Assembly: GCA_965248195.1 (NCBI GenBank)
Contig: CBDFIQ010000002.1
Span: 800,001-864,000, forward strand
From: Longimicrobiales bacterium
GTDB lineage: Bacteria; Gemmatimonadota; Gemmatimonadetes; Longimicrobiales; Gaopeijiaceae
DNA length: 64,000 nucleotides
Direction of reading: 5' to 3'
Positions 30,574 through 39,879 of this stretch are shown one piece after another (positions within the stretch are counted from its first letter, which is position 1; every line of letters begins with the position of its first letter). The notes beneath the pieces were generated by a model that ran no database searches, was not told the origin of the DNA, and saw nothing but the letters and a program-made list of their open reading frames with translations. Position numbers and translations under genes: made by a program.

Positions 30574-31945
30574 CTAGAAGCCGTCCGTGAGGTCGTGGAT
30601 GACCGCCGCAAGAGCGGGGTCGATGCCCGGCTCCATCGCTTTCTGCAGCAGGCCTTTCCGGACGTTCAATTCCTTCGTGATGGCGCCGACATGGCGGCCC
30701 ATGGCCAGGAATTGACCGACGAGGCGCGGCCGGCCTTTCAGCGCCCCTCCTAAAGTCCAGGCGAGAAGCTTAGGCACGGGAAACGCATCGTAGGGCGAGA
30801 CCCGGTGCTCGAAGGTGTCCGCCATGCGGCTCCTGTACTCTGGTATCTCATTCACGTGAGAGAACACGAGACAGTCGAGGTCGGTGGGTGGAGCAGCCGC
30901 TCCTTGGTCCCGCCCAAAGAAGTGATAAGGGAGTCCGGCAACATCGCACGCGCGCCACCACTGGATGAGCGCCTGGTCGTCGTCCAGCGCGATCGCCACG
31001 GCAAGGCTGCGGGCTTGGAGCAGCGCTTCGGTGATGCCGTCCCCGATGAGCCAGTCTTTATGGTGGCCGGCATCGCCGACCAGGACCCAGCCGGGACCCG
31101 TCGCGGTCCGGAAGAAATGACGCTCGCTGATCGTCCCGCGGACGCGCCCGTCAAGCTGAGTTCCATCAATCAATGGGCCGGTAACCGGGTCCGATGCAAG
31201 GTCGGCCCGTAGCGCGGCTTCCGGGTCCTCCCGCCATGACGCGACCCGGTCAAGTGGCGGGGCACTTGAGATGAGGAGCTGGTCATTGTCCGTTTGAAAG
31301 ATGAGCCGGGTGTTGCCATCAGTGTTCGCCACATACATGCCGAACGGGTAAGCCGAGTCCGTCCTCCAGAAGGTCGGCGCCTCCCAGTAACCCCAGTAGG
31401 CCGCTCTAGGAGCGTCCCACGTGAGGTATTCCTCGGCCTCGACGAGACCCGCGATGGTCGAGTGCCGTCCATCGGCACCCACGACCAGTCGTGCGCGAAA
31501 AGTGTACTCCTGCCTGTTGTTCTCGGCCCTTACTCCGACAACACGCCCGTCCTCTTCCAGAAGCGCATTGGCGCGGGTCCGATCCCGCAACTCCGCTCCA
31601 GCGGCGACCGCCGCGTCCTGCAGAAGACCGTCCAGCCGATAGCGCCGCGGACAGTATTCGGCCCGTCCGTCGGCAAACTGCAAGTCGACGTGGGCGTTGT
31701 TCTTGCGGAGCCTGGACCAGGTGGGTTGCTGGCGATCCCTCGCGTACTGCGGTACCAACGCCCAGCTCATCGAGAACGTCGATACCAGGCGGATGAATGG
31801 TGTGGGTCGAGATGACCTGGTCGCTCGGCAGCGGGTCCTTGTCCAGCAGGAGCACGGAAGCGCCTGCGCGGCTCAGCAGTGTCGCGAGTGACACACCAGC
31901 ACATCGCGCACCGACGATTACGACATCATATTCCGCAGCACTCAT
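30574..31945 (-). pseudogene. FAD-dependent oxidoreductase (geranylgeranyl reductase/monooxygenase-like), frameshifted near 31715
   Basis: N-terminal VGARCAG in one frame; VGADG and LVGDAG in another. Confidence 0.8.
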
Positions 31946-32068
31946 CCGTCCTCTTCTCCTGGGGGGTTACGTCGTGGGACCACTCTGGACAACCGACATC
32001 ACGGCCCAACTGCGTGTCGGTAGGCCGCCCCTCGTAGGCCCGAGCGTCCTCGTGGCTTAGAGGGCCAT

Positions 32069-32257
32069 CTAGCCTTGTCCGACCCGCAGCGCGATCCACA
32101 ACAGGCCGTCCCCGATTAGAGCCGTTACGATCCCGGCATAAGCCCATCTAATCTGACCGGTCATGAACGAGCCGGGCAGGATGTTGATCCCCTGCAGAAT
32201 CCAGACAGCCCCGGTGACGAGGAGAAGAACTGAGACGACTATCAGTGTGATTCTCAT
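32069..32257 (-). CDS. Small two-TM membrane protein
   Basis: GAVWILQG...GSFM...W pattern, 62 aa. Confidence 0.65.
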   Translation of the reverse strand: MRITLIVVSVLLLVTGAVWILQGINILPGSFMTGQIRWAYAGIVTALIGDGLLWIALRVGQG

Positions 32258-32311
32258 GTCTTCCAGCGCGCAGACTTGCTCACTTTGTTTCTTGGAGTCC
32301 TAGCTTACTAG

Positions 32312-33122
32312 GGCCTGTTAACACTATCTGAGGGCTTCGACGATGAGCGCGAAGTGGATGAAGGCGGTAAACATCACGTCGAGCTTGTCAAAGCGGGAGA
32401 AGATTCTTCTGAAGCCTTTGAGTCGCCGAAATAACCGCTCTATTTCGTTACGACGGCGATACATGACTCGGTCATACTGCCACGGGTTAACACGGCCCTG
32501 CTTGGGTGGCACGACCGGCGTAAACCCCAGCTCCAACACCAATTGCCGTGTTTCGCCCCCCTCGTACGCCCGGTCCATGATCATGGACACTGTGGAATGT
32601 ACCGGCTTCAACGTGCGTAGCAGTTCCCGTCCTTCCGGCGCGTCGTGCTTGTGGCCTGGCGATAGCGAGAAGGTTATCGCGGTTCGAGCATCTGCGGCAA
32701 CCATATGAATCTTGGTGGTCCAGCCTCCACGCGACTTGCCGATGGCCTGCGGGCCGTTTTTTTTAGAGCGCCGGTGCCATCAGGGTGCACCTTGACGATG
32801 GTACTGTCGATCGACAGAGCTTGGATCTTGATCCGGATAATTTGCTCGTCTTGCAGGGCCGCAAAGACACGATCCAGCACACCTGCCCTGGCCCAGCGAT
32901 TCATTCGGGTGTAGATCGTATGCCAGTTACCGAAACGCGGAGGCAACCCCCGCCATTTGCAGCCGTGTTCGGCCACATACAGGATCGCGTTAAGCACTTC
33001 GAGATTGGAGATGCTCACATTGCCGCGCTGATGCGGAAAGCAAGCCTCTATCCGACGATATTGGGACTCTGTGATTTTCATAGCCCCAATATACTACAAA
33101 TTGCCCTTAGTGTTAACAGACC
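32312..33122 (-). mobile_element. IS5-family insertion sequence with two-ORF transposase (33081-32674 and a second frame ending at 32324)
   Basis: IRs GGCCTGTTAACACTA and TAGTGTTAACAGACC flanked by CTAG on both sides; GCKWRGLP, SIDST, DRAY, YRRRNEIER; A8 slippery run at 32757-32764. Confidence 0.92.
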
Positions 33123-33300
33123 CTAGTACCCAATCACGCAGAGACGTCTCCCAAGATCGGGCCTGCCATCCTCTGATTAGGGATGCGCCTAACGTCTCTG
33201 CGATTCTGATCTTATAAGGCGAAAGGCTGACCTCACTCGAGCGTGGCGTTACGCTGATCTTGCTCAAAGGCCTGCGGCACCCAACCCAAGGAGGCCAGCC

Positions 33301-34338
33301 ATGTTTGTCGCAGGAATCGATGCTCACGCAACGTATTCGGTGATCGCCATCGTGAGCAACACAGGTCAGCTCGTTGCCGGACCCATCCGGATCAAGAACA
33401 CGCAAGAGGATCGGCTCAATGATCTACTGGAGCAGTATCAGCCCCTGGAGGTGGTCGTCGAGACGAGTCCGGCCTGGCCGTGGCTCTTCGATCGACTCCA
33501 AGAGCGGGGGATCGACTTCGTGCTCGCTCACGCCAAGCGGCTCCGAGTCATCGCCGAGTCCAACTACAAGAGTGACGACATCGACGCCGAGTTGTTGGCG
33601 CGTATGCGACTCGCGGGCCTCATCCCCGAGGTCCATCCGAAGTGCGTCGAGCAGCGGGAGCAGGCGGTACTGCTACGCAACCGGGCACGACTCGTACGCG
33701 AACGCACACGCATGGTGAACCGCATCCATGCCCAGATCCACAACGTCGGGCTTCATCTGGAGCGTGGGCGTCTGCTCACCCAGGATGGACGCCAGTGGGT
33801 GCATGACGTGGCGTGGCCGCTGCTCGGAGCCGAGCGGCGTCTGTTCATCGACATGCAGTGGGAACTCATCGATCAACTCGTACCGATGATCAAAACCCTC
33901 GATCGCAGAGTGGAACACGTAGGCCGCAAGGTCCCCGCTGTAGCTCTGCTCGAGACCATCCCGGGCGTCGGTTCCTATCGGGCATTGCTCATCGCCACCG
34001 AGACGTTGCCCATCAAACGATTTCGTACACCGGGGCACCTGGTCAGCTACGCCGGTCTAGCCCCTCGCTCCTCACAGTCAGGGCTCCGGCCCATCCGCCA
34101 CGGATCGATCCCCGCCGGGGCCAACCGTTGGCTGAGGGGCACCTTCGTCCGGACCGTCGTGAGCCACGTCACTCACGCGCCCGACAGCTGGCTATCACAG
34201 TCGTACGAACTGATCAGGCAACGGCTCGGGTGGCAGGTCGCTCGGGTCGCTACCGCTCGGCGCCTCGCTCGTGCTGTGCACGCGATGCTCCGTACGGGTG
34301 AGGTCTGGCACGATGAACCCGTGGCTCGATCAAACTGA
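33301..34338 (+). CDS. IS110-family DEDD recombinase/transposase
   Basis: GIDAH, VVET, KSDDIDA, IPGVG, SYAGLAP, SQSG; SD AGGAGG. Confidence 0.95.
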   Translation: MFVAGIDAHATYSVIAIVSNTGQLVAGPIRIKNTQEDRLNDLLEQYQPLEVVVETSPAWPWLFDRLQERGIDFVLAHAKRLRVIAESNYKSDDIDAELLARMRLAGLIPEVHPKCVEQREQAVLLRNRARLVRERTRMVNRIHAQIHNVGLHLERGRLLTQDGRQWVHDVAWPLLGAERRLFIDMQWELIDQLVPMIKTLDRRVEHVGRKVPAVALLETIPGVGSYRALLIATETLPIKRFRTPGHLVSYAGLAPRSSQSGLRPIRHGSIPAGANRWLRGTFVRTVVSHVTHAPDSWLSQSYELIRQRLGWQVARVATARRLARAVHAMLRTGEVWHDEPVARSN

Positions 34339-34370
34339 GATGACACACGATGATGGACCGTACCACGACA

Positions 34371-34530
34371 GGGGTGAGCTCCGCGCGCAGCATGTCGCAC
34401 GACGACCCTCAGATTCTGATTGAGCCCCCCGCTCGCATAGCAGATCTTCGGACATCCCCGCGCTGGGATGAAACCTGAATAGATGCCTGAGTTCCTCGTG
34501 AGAGGAGACTCACCCAAGATCGGACGCGAC
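34371..34530 (+). ncRNA. Putative bridge RNA / seekRNA of the IS1111-type element; boundaries approximate
   Basis: Two stem-loops whose internal loops match the target flanks and the circle junction (see findings). Confidence 0.7.
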
Positions 34531-34805
34531 GTTGGTACTGAAGGATGAAAAACGGAAGATGATCACGCAGGCCTTGAGCTACAGACCAGTGGACCGAGCC
34601 ACCCCTCCGGGACCCCGGACGGGTAAGGGAGGGCTACGCCCTGTTGACTCCCTTCACCTTATAGATGTTGCGCGTCAATGTGCCGACCAGAAGCGAAGCG
34701 CGCGAACAGCTTTCGCTTTCAAGTCTTCTCGGTACCGCTTCTCCTGGGACCATCTGGTGCTTCCAGAGGGCCAATAGATCCGGCCCTCTTCGTCCATCTG
34801 ATCTA

Positions 34806-34925
34806 TCACGGATGGAAGGTAAGCCCAGTGCCTACCACCATGGCTACACCCAGAATTAGGTAGCCGACTACGACCATCGTGATGCCACCAAGAACCATTC
34901 CAGTCACCAGCTTCTTCGTGTCCAT
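34806..34925 (-). pseudogene. 39-aa hydrophobic ORF (MDTKKLVTGMVLVGITMVVVGYLILG...), probably a truncated membrane protein gene
   Basis: SD GGAGG and ATG at 34925; not in the supplied ORF track. Confidence 0.4.
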
Positions 34926-35102
34926 TCTGGCCTCCGTTCAGGAGTTGATCAGACTACGACTGCATGCCCCCCTGTCGAACGCTGCACCAAGTCTTCGACC
35001 CAGTTTGAAAGGAGGGTTCGGAACCCCCGCCCTCTCTGCCAACGTACGTGAGACACGGAGCACGCAAAGAATTAGAGTAGGGCGAAGGCAGAGAAAACGA
35101 AC

Positions 35103-35552
35103 ATGTTGGGACTGCGAGAGAGAATGGAAGAGAATGGTAGTGCCCCTGGAATCGGGGAGGCCAAGCGAAGCGCGGCAGCTCCTGCGGACCCGGAGGTAGT
35201 AGATAGGCCGCTACGCCGGCGGTTCAGTCCATCGTACAAGCTGCGGATCGTCGAAGAAGCGGACCGGTGCACCGAGCCCGGCGAGGTGGGTCAGCTCCTG
35301 CGGCGCGAGGGCCTGTACTCGTCGCACCTGACGACGTGGCGCAAGGCGGCGCATAGCGGGTCGCTGAAGGCCCTGTCGAAGAAACGCGGCCGCAAGCCGG
35401 AGCGGAATCCGCTGGATGAGAAGGTACGCAAGCTGGAGCGGCAAAACGCACGGCTCGAGAATGAGCTCAGGAAGGCACACCTGATCATCGACGTGCAGGG
35501 AAAAGTTGCGGGGCTGCTGGGGATAAGCCTCGACGACGGGACGAACTCTTGA
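35103..35552 (+). CDS. IS3-family OrfA (HTH plus coiled coil)
   Basis: RRRFSPSYKLRIV, LLRREGLYSSHLTTWR. Confidence 0.88.
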   Translation: MLGLRERMEENGSAPGIGEAKRSAAAPADPEVVDRPLRRRFSPSYKLRIVEEADRCTEPGEVGQLLRREGLYSSHLTTWRKAAHSGSLKALSKKRGRKPERNPLDEKVRKLERQNARLENELRKAHLIIDVQGKVAGLLGISLDDGTNS

Positions 35553-36556
35553 AGGCGGCCGATGAGCTGGCTAAGCACGTCGGTGTAAAACCGGCGTGCG
35601 CGGCTCTCGAGGTCTCCCGATCGACGTTCTACCGTCGTCGAGGCCCATCGACCGGGCAACGGCAGCCCCGCCCGACGCCCGCCCGGGCATTGAGCGAGAC
35701 GGAACGAGGCGAGGTCTTCGACACGCTGTGTTCGGAGCGGTTCGTGGACCGCTCACCCGCCGAGGTGGTGGCCACGCTGCTCGACGAAGAGGTCTACCTG
35801 TGCAGCGAACGCACGATGTATCGTGTTCTGGCCTCCGAGGTGCCGGTTCAGGAACGCCGGGCGCAGCGCACCCATCCCGAGTACAAGAAGCCCGAGTTGA
35901 TGGCCACGGCGCCGAACCAGGTGTGGTCCTGGGATATCACGCGGCTACTCGGGCCGAAGAAGTGGAGCTATTACTACCTCTACGTCATCATGGACATCTA
36001 CAGCCGCTACGTCGTGGGCTGGATGGTGGCGGACCGGGAGAACTCGGCCCTGGCCGGCCGGTTGATCCAGCAGAGCTGCCTGAAGCATGGCGTCCAGCCC
36101 CGGGTCCTGACCCTGCACTCGGATCGGGGAGCTCCAATGACGAGCCAATGCACCGCTCAACTTCTCGCTGACCTCGGCGTGACTCGCTCGTTGAGCCGGC
36201 CTCAGGTGTCGGATGACAACCCGTTTTCCGAGGCTCAGTTCAAAACCTTGAAGTACCATCCCTCGTTTCCCGGGCGGTTCGGGGATCAGGGCCAGGCCAA
36301 GACGTTGTGTCGATCGTTCTTCCGCTGGTACAATGCCGAGCACCGCCATGGCGGTATCTCGATGCTAACCCCCGAGCAGGTCCACTTCGGGAACGCCGAT
36401 CAGGTCATTGCCGGCAGGAAATCCGTGCTCCGCGAAGCATGGGCCGCTCATCCCGAACGCTTCGTCACAGGTGTGCCGAAGCCCAAACCGCTCCCGGAGG
36501 CCGTCTACATCAATCCTCCCATCCCTTCCCTCACCACACAGGATATTGCTCTCTAA
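35549..36556 (+). CDS. IS3-family OrfB DDE transposase
   Basis: WSWDIT, LHSDRG, NPFSEAQFKTLK; TTGA overlap with OrfA. Confidence 0.92.
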   Translation: MKAADELAKHVGVKPACAALEVSRSTFYRRRGPSTGQRQPRPTPARALSETERGEVFDTLCSERFVDRSPAEVVATLLDEEVYLCSERTMYRVLASEVPVQERRAQRTHPEYKKPELMATAPNQVWSWDITRLLGPKKWSYYYLYVIMDIYSRYVVGWMVADRENSALAGRLIQQSCLKHGVQPRVLTLHSDRGAPMTSQCTAQLLADLGVTRSLSRPQVSDDNPFSEAQFKTLKYHPSFPGRFGDQGQAKTLCRSFFRWYNAEHRHGGISMLTPEQVHFGNADQVIAGRKSVLREAWAAHPERFVTGVPKPKPLPEAVYINPPIPSLTTQDIAL

Positions 36557-36803
36557 TTAATCCCGTAGAGTGTCCCATTGTCGTTGACAGGTTCCGCCGG
36601 ACGCAACCATTTGTTGGACGCCCCTCACACTAAACGATGAGGGCTCTCTGTCTCACCCCGAACGTTGGGGTGGCCGTTACTGTGGGTCCGTACTCTTGGG
36701 TTGCCCACTTCGGTCCTGCCCTTCACATTATCCTGACCCGTCAGAGGGCTGTTTGAAAAGAGTGCCGGTCAGAGTCGTGAATCCCGCTGGATTGGAGGGT
36801 GAA

Positions 36804-37895
36804 ATGAGCAAGGGTATGGCGATGGTGGATCAAGGTCATGAAGTGGTGTCGCGTCGCTCCGTCCTGATTTTCGCTTTTCTCTGCGTAACCGCCGCGCCGG
36901 GCGTCGTCTCGACCGCTGCGGCCCAGAACAGAGCTTCCAACGCCGGCCAGTGGGAAGTCCCCAGAACACCCGACGGCCATCCGGATCTTCAGGGGAACTG
37001 GACGAACCAGTCCATCACTCCCATCCAACGTCGAGAGGACCAGGAGGGTCCGGTCTACACGCCGGAAGAGGTCGCTGAGATAGAACAGGGTTATGTGGAC
37101 CGCACCGTCACTGGTGCCCAGCCGAGCGACCCGGATCGTCCGCCACCGCCACCCAAGGAGACCATTTCGGCCGCGGACTCGTACAACAACGTCTATTTCG
37201 AGAGGGGTAACCGGGTGGCGATCGTCTACGGAGAACCCAGAACCTCGCACATCACGTTTCCGTCCAACGGCCGGCTTCCCGCGCTTTCGCCAGAGGGCGA
37301 GAGGCGGCGCCAGGAGCGCCGGGATGGCAGGAGCAACTTCGGCCAATACGACCACCCGGAACTGAGACCATTGGCCGAACGCTGCCTCACTTCATACGGT
37401 TCTCCGGCCGGCCCCCCCATGCTCCCCAACGGCGGTTACAACAGCAACTACACGATCGTTCAAACCCCCGATCACATCATGATCATGACGGAGATGGTCC
37501 ACGACACTCGGATTATCCGCATGGGCGACGGCCCGCGGCTGCCTCCACACATACGTCCGTGGATGGGAGACTCGTGGGGCCACTGGGAGGGTGATGTGCT
37601 CGTGGTCGAGACCAGCAACATCCATCCCCTACAGCCGTATTCCTCGCCAGACATGAAGGTGATCGAGCGGTTCAGCCGCATGAACGAGGAGGCTCTCCTC
37701 TACGAGTTCACGGTCGAAGATCCGTCGACCTACACCGAGTCATGGGGAGGACAGATCCCGATGACGGCGATGCACGACAGGCTCTACGAGTACGCCTGTC
37801 ACGAGGGCAATTACGCGCTCTCGGCCGTTTTGAGCGGTGCGCGTTATCAGGAGAGGATGGAAGCGCAGGGGACGAGCAATTCTAGGGGTAATTGA
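36804..37895 (+). CDS. Secreted protein of unknown function (paralog of 21644-22762)
   Basis: Same DGHPDLQGNWTN, ERC and YEYACHEGNY motifs; similar upstream DNA. Confidence 0.8.
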   Translation: MSKGMAMVDQGHEVVSRRSVLIFAFLCVTAAPGVVSTAAAQNRASNAGQWEVPRTPDGHPDLQGNWTNQSITPIQRREDQEGPVYTPEEVAEIEQGYVDRTVTGAQPSDPDRPPPPPKETISAADSYNNVYFERGNRVAIVYGEPRTSHITFPSNGRLPALSPEGERRRQERRDGRSNFGQYDHPELRPLAERCLTSYGSPAGPPMLPNGGYNSNYTIVQTPDHIMIMTEMVHDTRIIRMGDGPRLPPHIRPWMGDSWGHWEGDVLVVETSNIHPLQPYSSPDMKVIERFSRMNEEALLYEFTVEDPSTYTESWGGQIPMTAMHDRLYEYACHEGNYALSAVLSGARYQERMEAQGTSNSRGN

Positions 37896-38093
37896 GGGCG
37901 GCTCTAGTCCCCTTCTTGGTCGTCTAGTTCGTGACCATCGCCGTAATTCGGGTAGGTGTTTGAATCCGCCTACCGCCCGAGGCGATTCAGCTTGTGCCTA
38001 GCCTGACGGCACCCTAGAGTAACCGTCGCCCCCAGGAACCGAGGCCTCCCCCCCAGCCTCGAGAAAGTTCATGCCAGAGGAAGGAGCTCCGTC

Positions 38094-38708
38094 ATGGCCG
38101 ACCAAGATCTTCCGGGCGAGGTGATCCTCGACACTCCCTCGGGCGCCTCCGTTCAAAAGGTGGGATTCGCTTCCGCAGCGTCACGGCGAATTGGCTCTGG
38201 CGTCAGAGGACTCGCGAACCTTGTGAAGCTCGAGGTGGTCGTGACGACCGTCTGCTTCTTTATCCCATTCATCGTGTGGTATGGCGATGACTGGAACCTG
38301 CGCGAGCACATCAGCGGCTACTACGCCATGGAGAAGGCCCAGTACTTCTATTTCCCGCTGACTGTGGCCGCGATGCTATTTGTCGTCAACGGTGTCGTGA
38401 GGGAGAAGCACTGGTACAACATCGGGCTAGGCTTGGCGTTGGCCGGTGTCGTCTTGTTCAATCACGTCGACCACTTCCTAATCCACAACTTCAGCGCAGG
38501 GGCGTTCTTTCTTGGAAACGCCCTTGTCTTCGTGATCTTCACGCCAAAGAAGGAGCTTTGGTTCAAGGTCTTTCTGTCGTCCATGATGATCGTGGGGCTG
38601 GCGGGCCATTTTCTGTTTGGCTGGTACTCGTTGTTCGTTGCGGAGACCCTGTCTCTGTGGGTCATCGCGATTCACTTCATTCTCGAAGCGAAGGGCCTCA
38701 TCAAGTGA
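38094..38708 (+). CDS. Integral membrane protein of unknown function
   Basis: SD AGGAG, several TM helices, HISGYY and HN motifs. Confidence 0.65.
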   Translation: MADQDLPGEVILDTPSGASVQKVGFASAASRRIGSGVRGLANLVKLEVVVTTVCFFIPFIVWYGDDWNLREHISGYYAMEKAQYFYFPLTVAAMLFVVNGVVREKHWYNIGLGLALAGVVLFNHVDHFLIHNFSAGAFFLGNALVFVIFTPKKELWFKVFLSSMMIVGLAGHFLFGWYSLFVAETLSLWVIAIHFILEAKGLIK

Positions 38709-38927
38709 ACCCATGCTCGCCGACGTCCCTCGTTTTCCTTGCACCCTGCCCAACCGGCGAGCATCTTGTGCGCTGGCTTCGAATCGGGTGCGGTTCACGC
38801 CATCCTCTAGGCGGCGGGCCTACGAGCAGTACGGAACAGCGAGTGGCGAGGTGTGTCTGTTTCACCACCCAGGGAGGGCAGCATGCACTCTTCATGGTCC
38901 AGGGGACCGCATTGTTTTAGTCGTGAA

Positions 38928-39851
38928 GTGACTCCTCGTCGGCGCCGGTTGGGCGCGGTGGCTCTGGCCACGGCGGTTATGGTGGGCGGCCTCACGGGCG
39001 AGGTCATGGGTCAAGAGCGAGCGCCGATCCAGGTGCTCCGGGCGGAGTACGGTGACCCGGTTCTGCGCAGCATCATCGATCTGCACGCCCACTCGGGGCC
39101 GGACGTTCGCGAGCGGGCGATCACCGACTTTGACGCGGCACGCGTCGCGAAGCGAGCGGGGATGCGTGCCATCGTGCTGAAGCACCACGTTTCGGAGTCG
39201 GCTCACCGGGCGCAGATGGTGATGCACGAAGTACCGGGTATCGACGTCTTTGGCGGTATCATCCTGAACCTCGCCGTCGGCGGGATCAATCCCCATGCCG
39301 TTCGGACGATGCTGGGGATGGAAGGCAACCGTGGAAGGGTCGTGTGGCTGCCCACCTGGGATGCGGAAGCCGACGCGAGCCGCCAGAGAGAAAACCGGCC
39401 GGCTGTGCCGATCATGAGGGACGGCGAGCTCGTCCCGGAGCTCGCGGAGATCTTCAGGCTTGTCGCAGACAACGATTTGGTGCTGGCCACCGGACACATC
39501 TCGCCGGATGAGATCCTCGAGGTCCTTCCGGCCGCCCGCCAGGCAGGGGTGCGCCGCATGCTGGTGACGCACGCGCGCTCGAGCATCGAGGATATGAAGC
39601 AGATGGTCGAGGAAGGGGCGATTCTGGAGTGCATCTACAGTGATATCACCGTGTGCGCCTCGAGGATCAAGGCCGTCGGGGCAGAGCACTGGGTGTTGGC
39701 TACCGATCTCGGCCAGCCTGGACGCCCGGGCCACGCCGACGGCTTCAAGACGCTCATCATGCGCATGCGGGACGAGGGCATCACCCAGGACCAGCTGGAC
39801 ATGATGGTGCGGACGACGCCGGCCCGGCTCCTAGGGTTGGAGCCCTGGTAG
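38928..39851 (+). CDS. Secreted amidohydrolase-fold metalloprotein (DUF6282-like)
   Basis: IDLHAHSGPD, VLKHH, VWLPT, ATGH, ATDLGQ; start approximate. Confidence 0.7.
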   Translation: MTPRRRRLGAVALATAVMVGGLTGEVMGQERAPIQVLRAEYGDPVLRSIIDLHAHSGPDVRERAITDFDAARVAKRAGMRAIVLKHHVSESAHRAQMVMHEVPGIDVFGGIILNLAVGGINPHAVRTMLGMEGNRGRVVWLPTWDAEADASRQRENRPAVPIMRDGELVPELAEIFRLVADNDLVLATGHISPDEILEVLPAARQAGVRRMLVTHARSSIEDMKQMVEEGAILECIYSDITVCASRIKAVGAEHWVLATDLGQPGRPGHADGFKTLIMRMRDEGITQDQLDMMVRTTPARLLGLEPW

Positions 39852-39879
39852 ACGTCCGAGCTCGGTCAGGCGCTGCCGC

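Larger units (their letters stand above)
33208..34666 (+). mobile_element. IS110-family element of IS1111 type (sub-terminal IRs, long 3' non-coding end)
   Basis: Sub-terminal IRs TATAAGGCGAAAGG (33213-33226) and CCCTTCACCTTATA (34650-34663); GAT core at both ends. Confidence 0.85.
35037..36589 (+). mobile_element. IS3-family insertion sequence; true ends may lie slightly outside these IRs
   Basis: Imperfect IRs TGCCAACGTACGTGAGACAC and TGTCAACGACAATGGGACAC (reverse complement), 14/20 identical; no target duplication at these boundaries. Confidence 0.75.

Noticed and set aside
32004..32066. Third attC site between the small membrane gene and the flavoprotein
   Set aside because: A GCCCAAC/GTTGGGC box is present, but there is no matching partner box or convincing stem.
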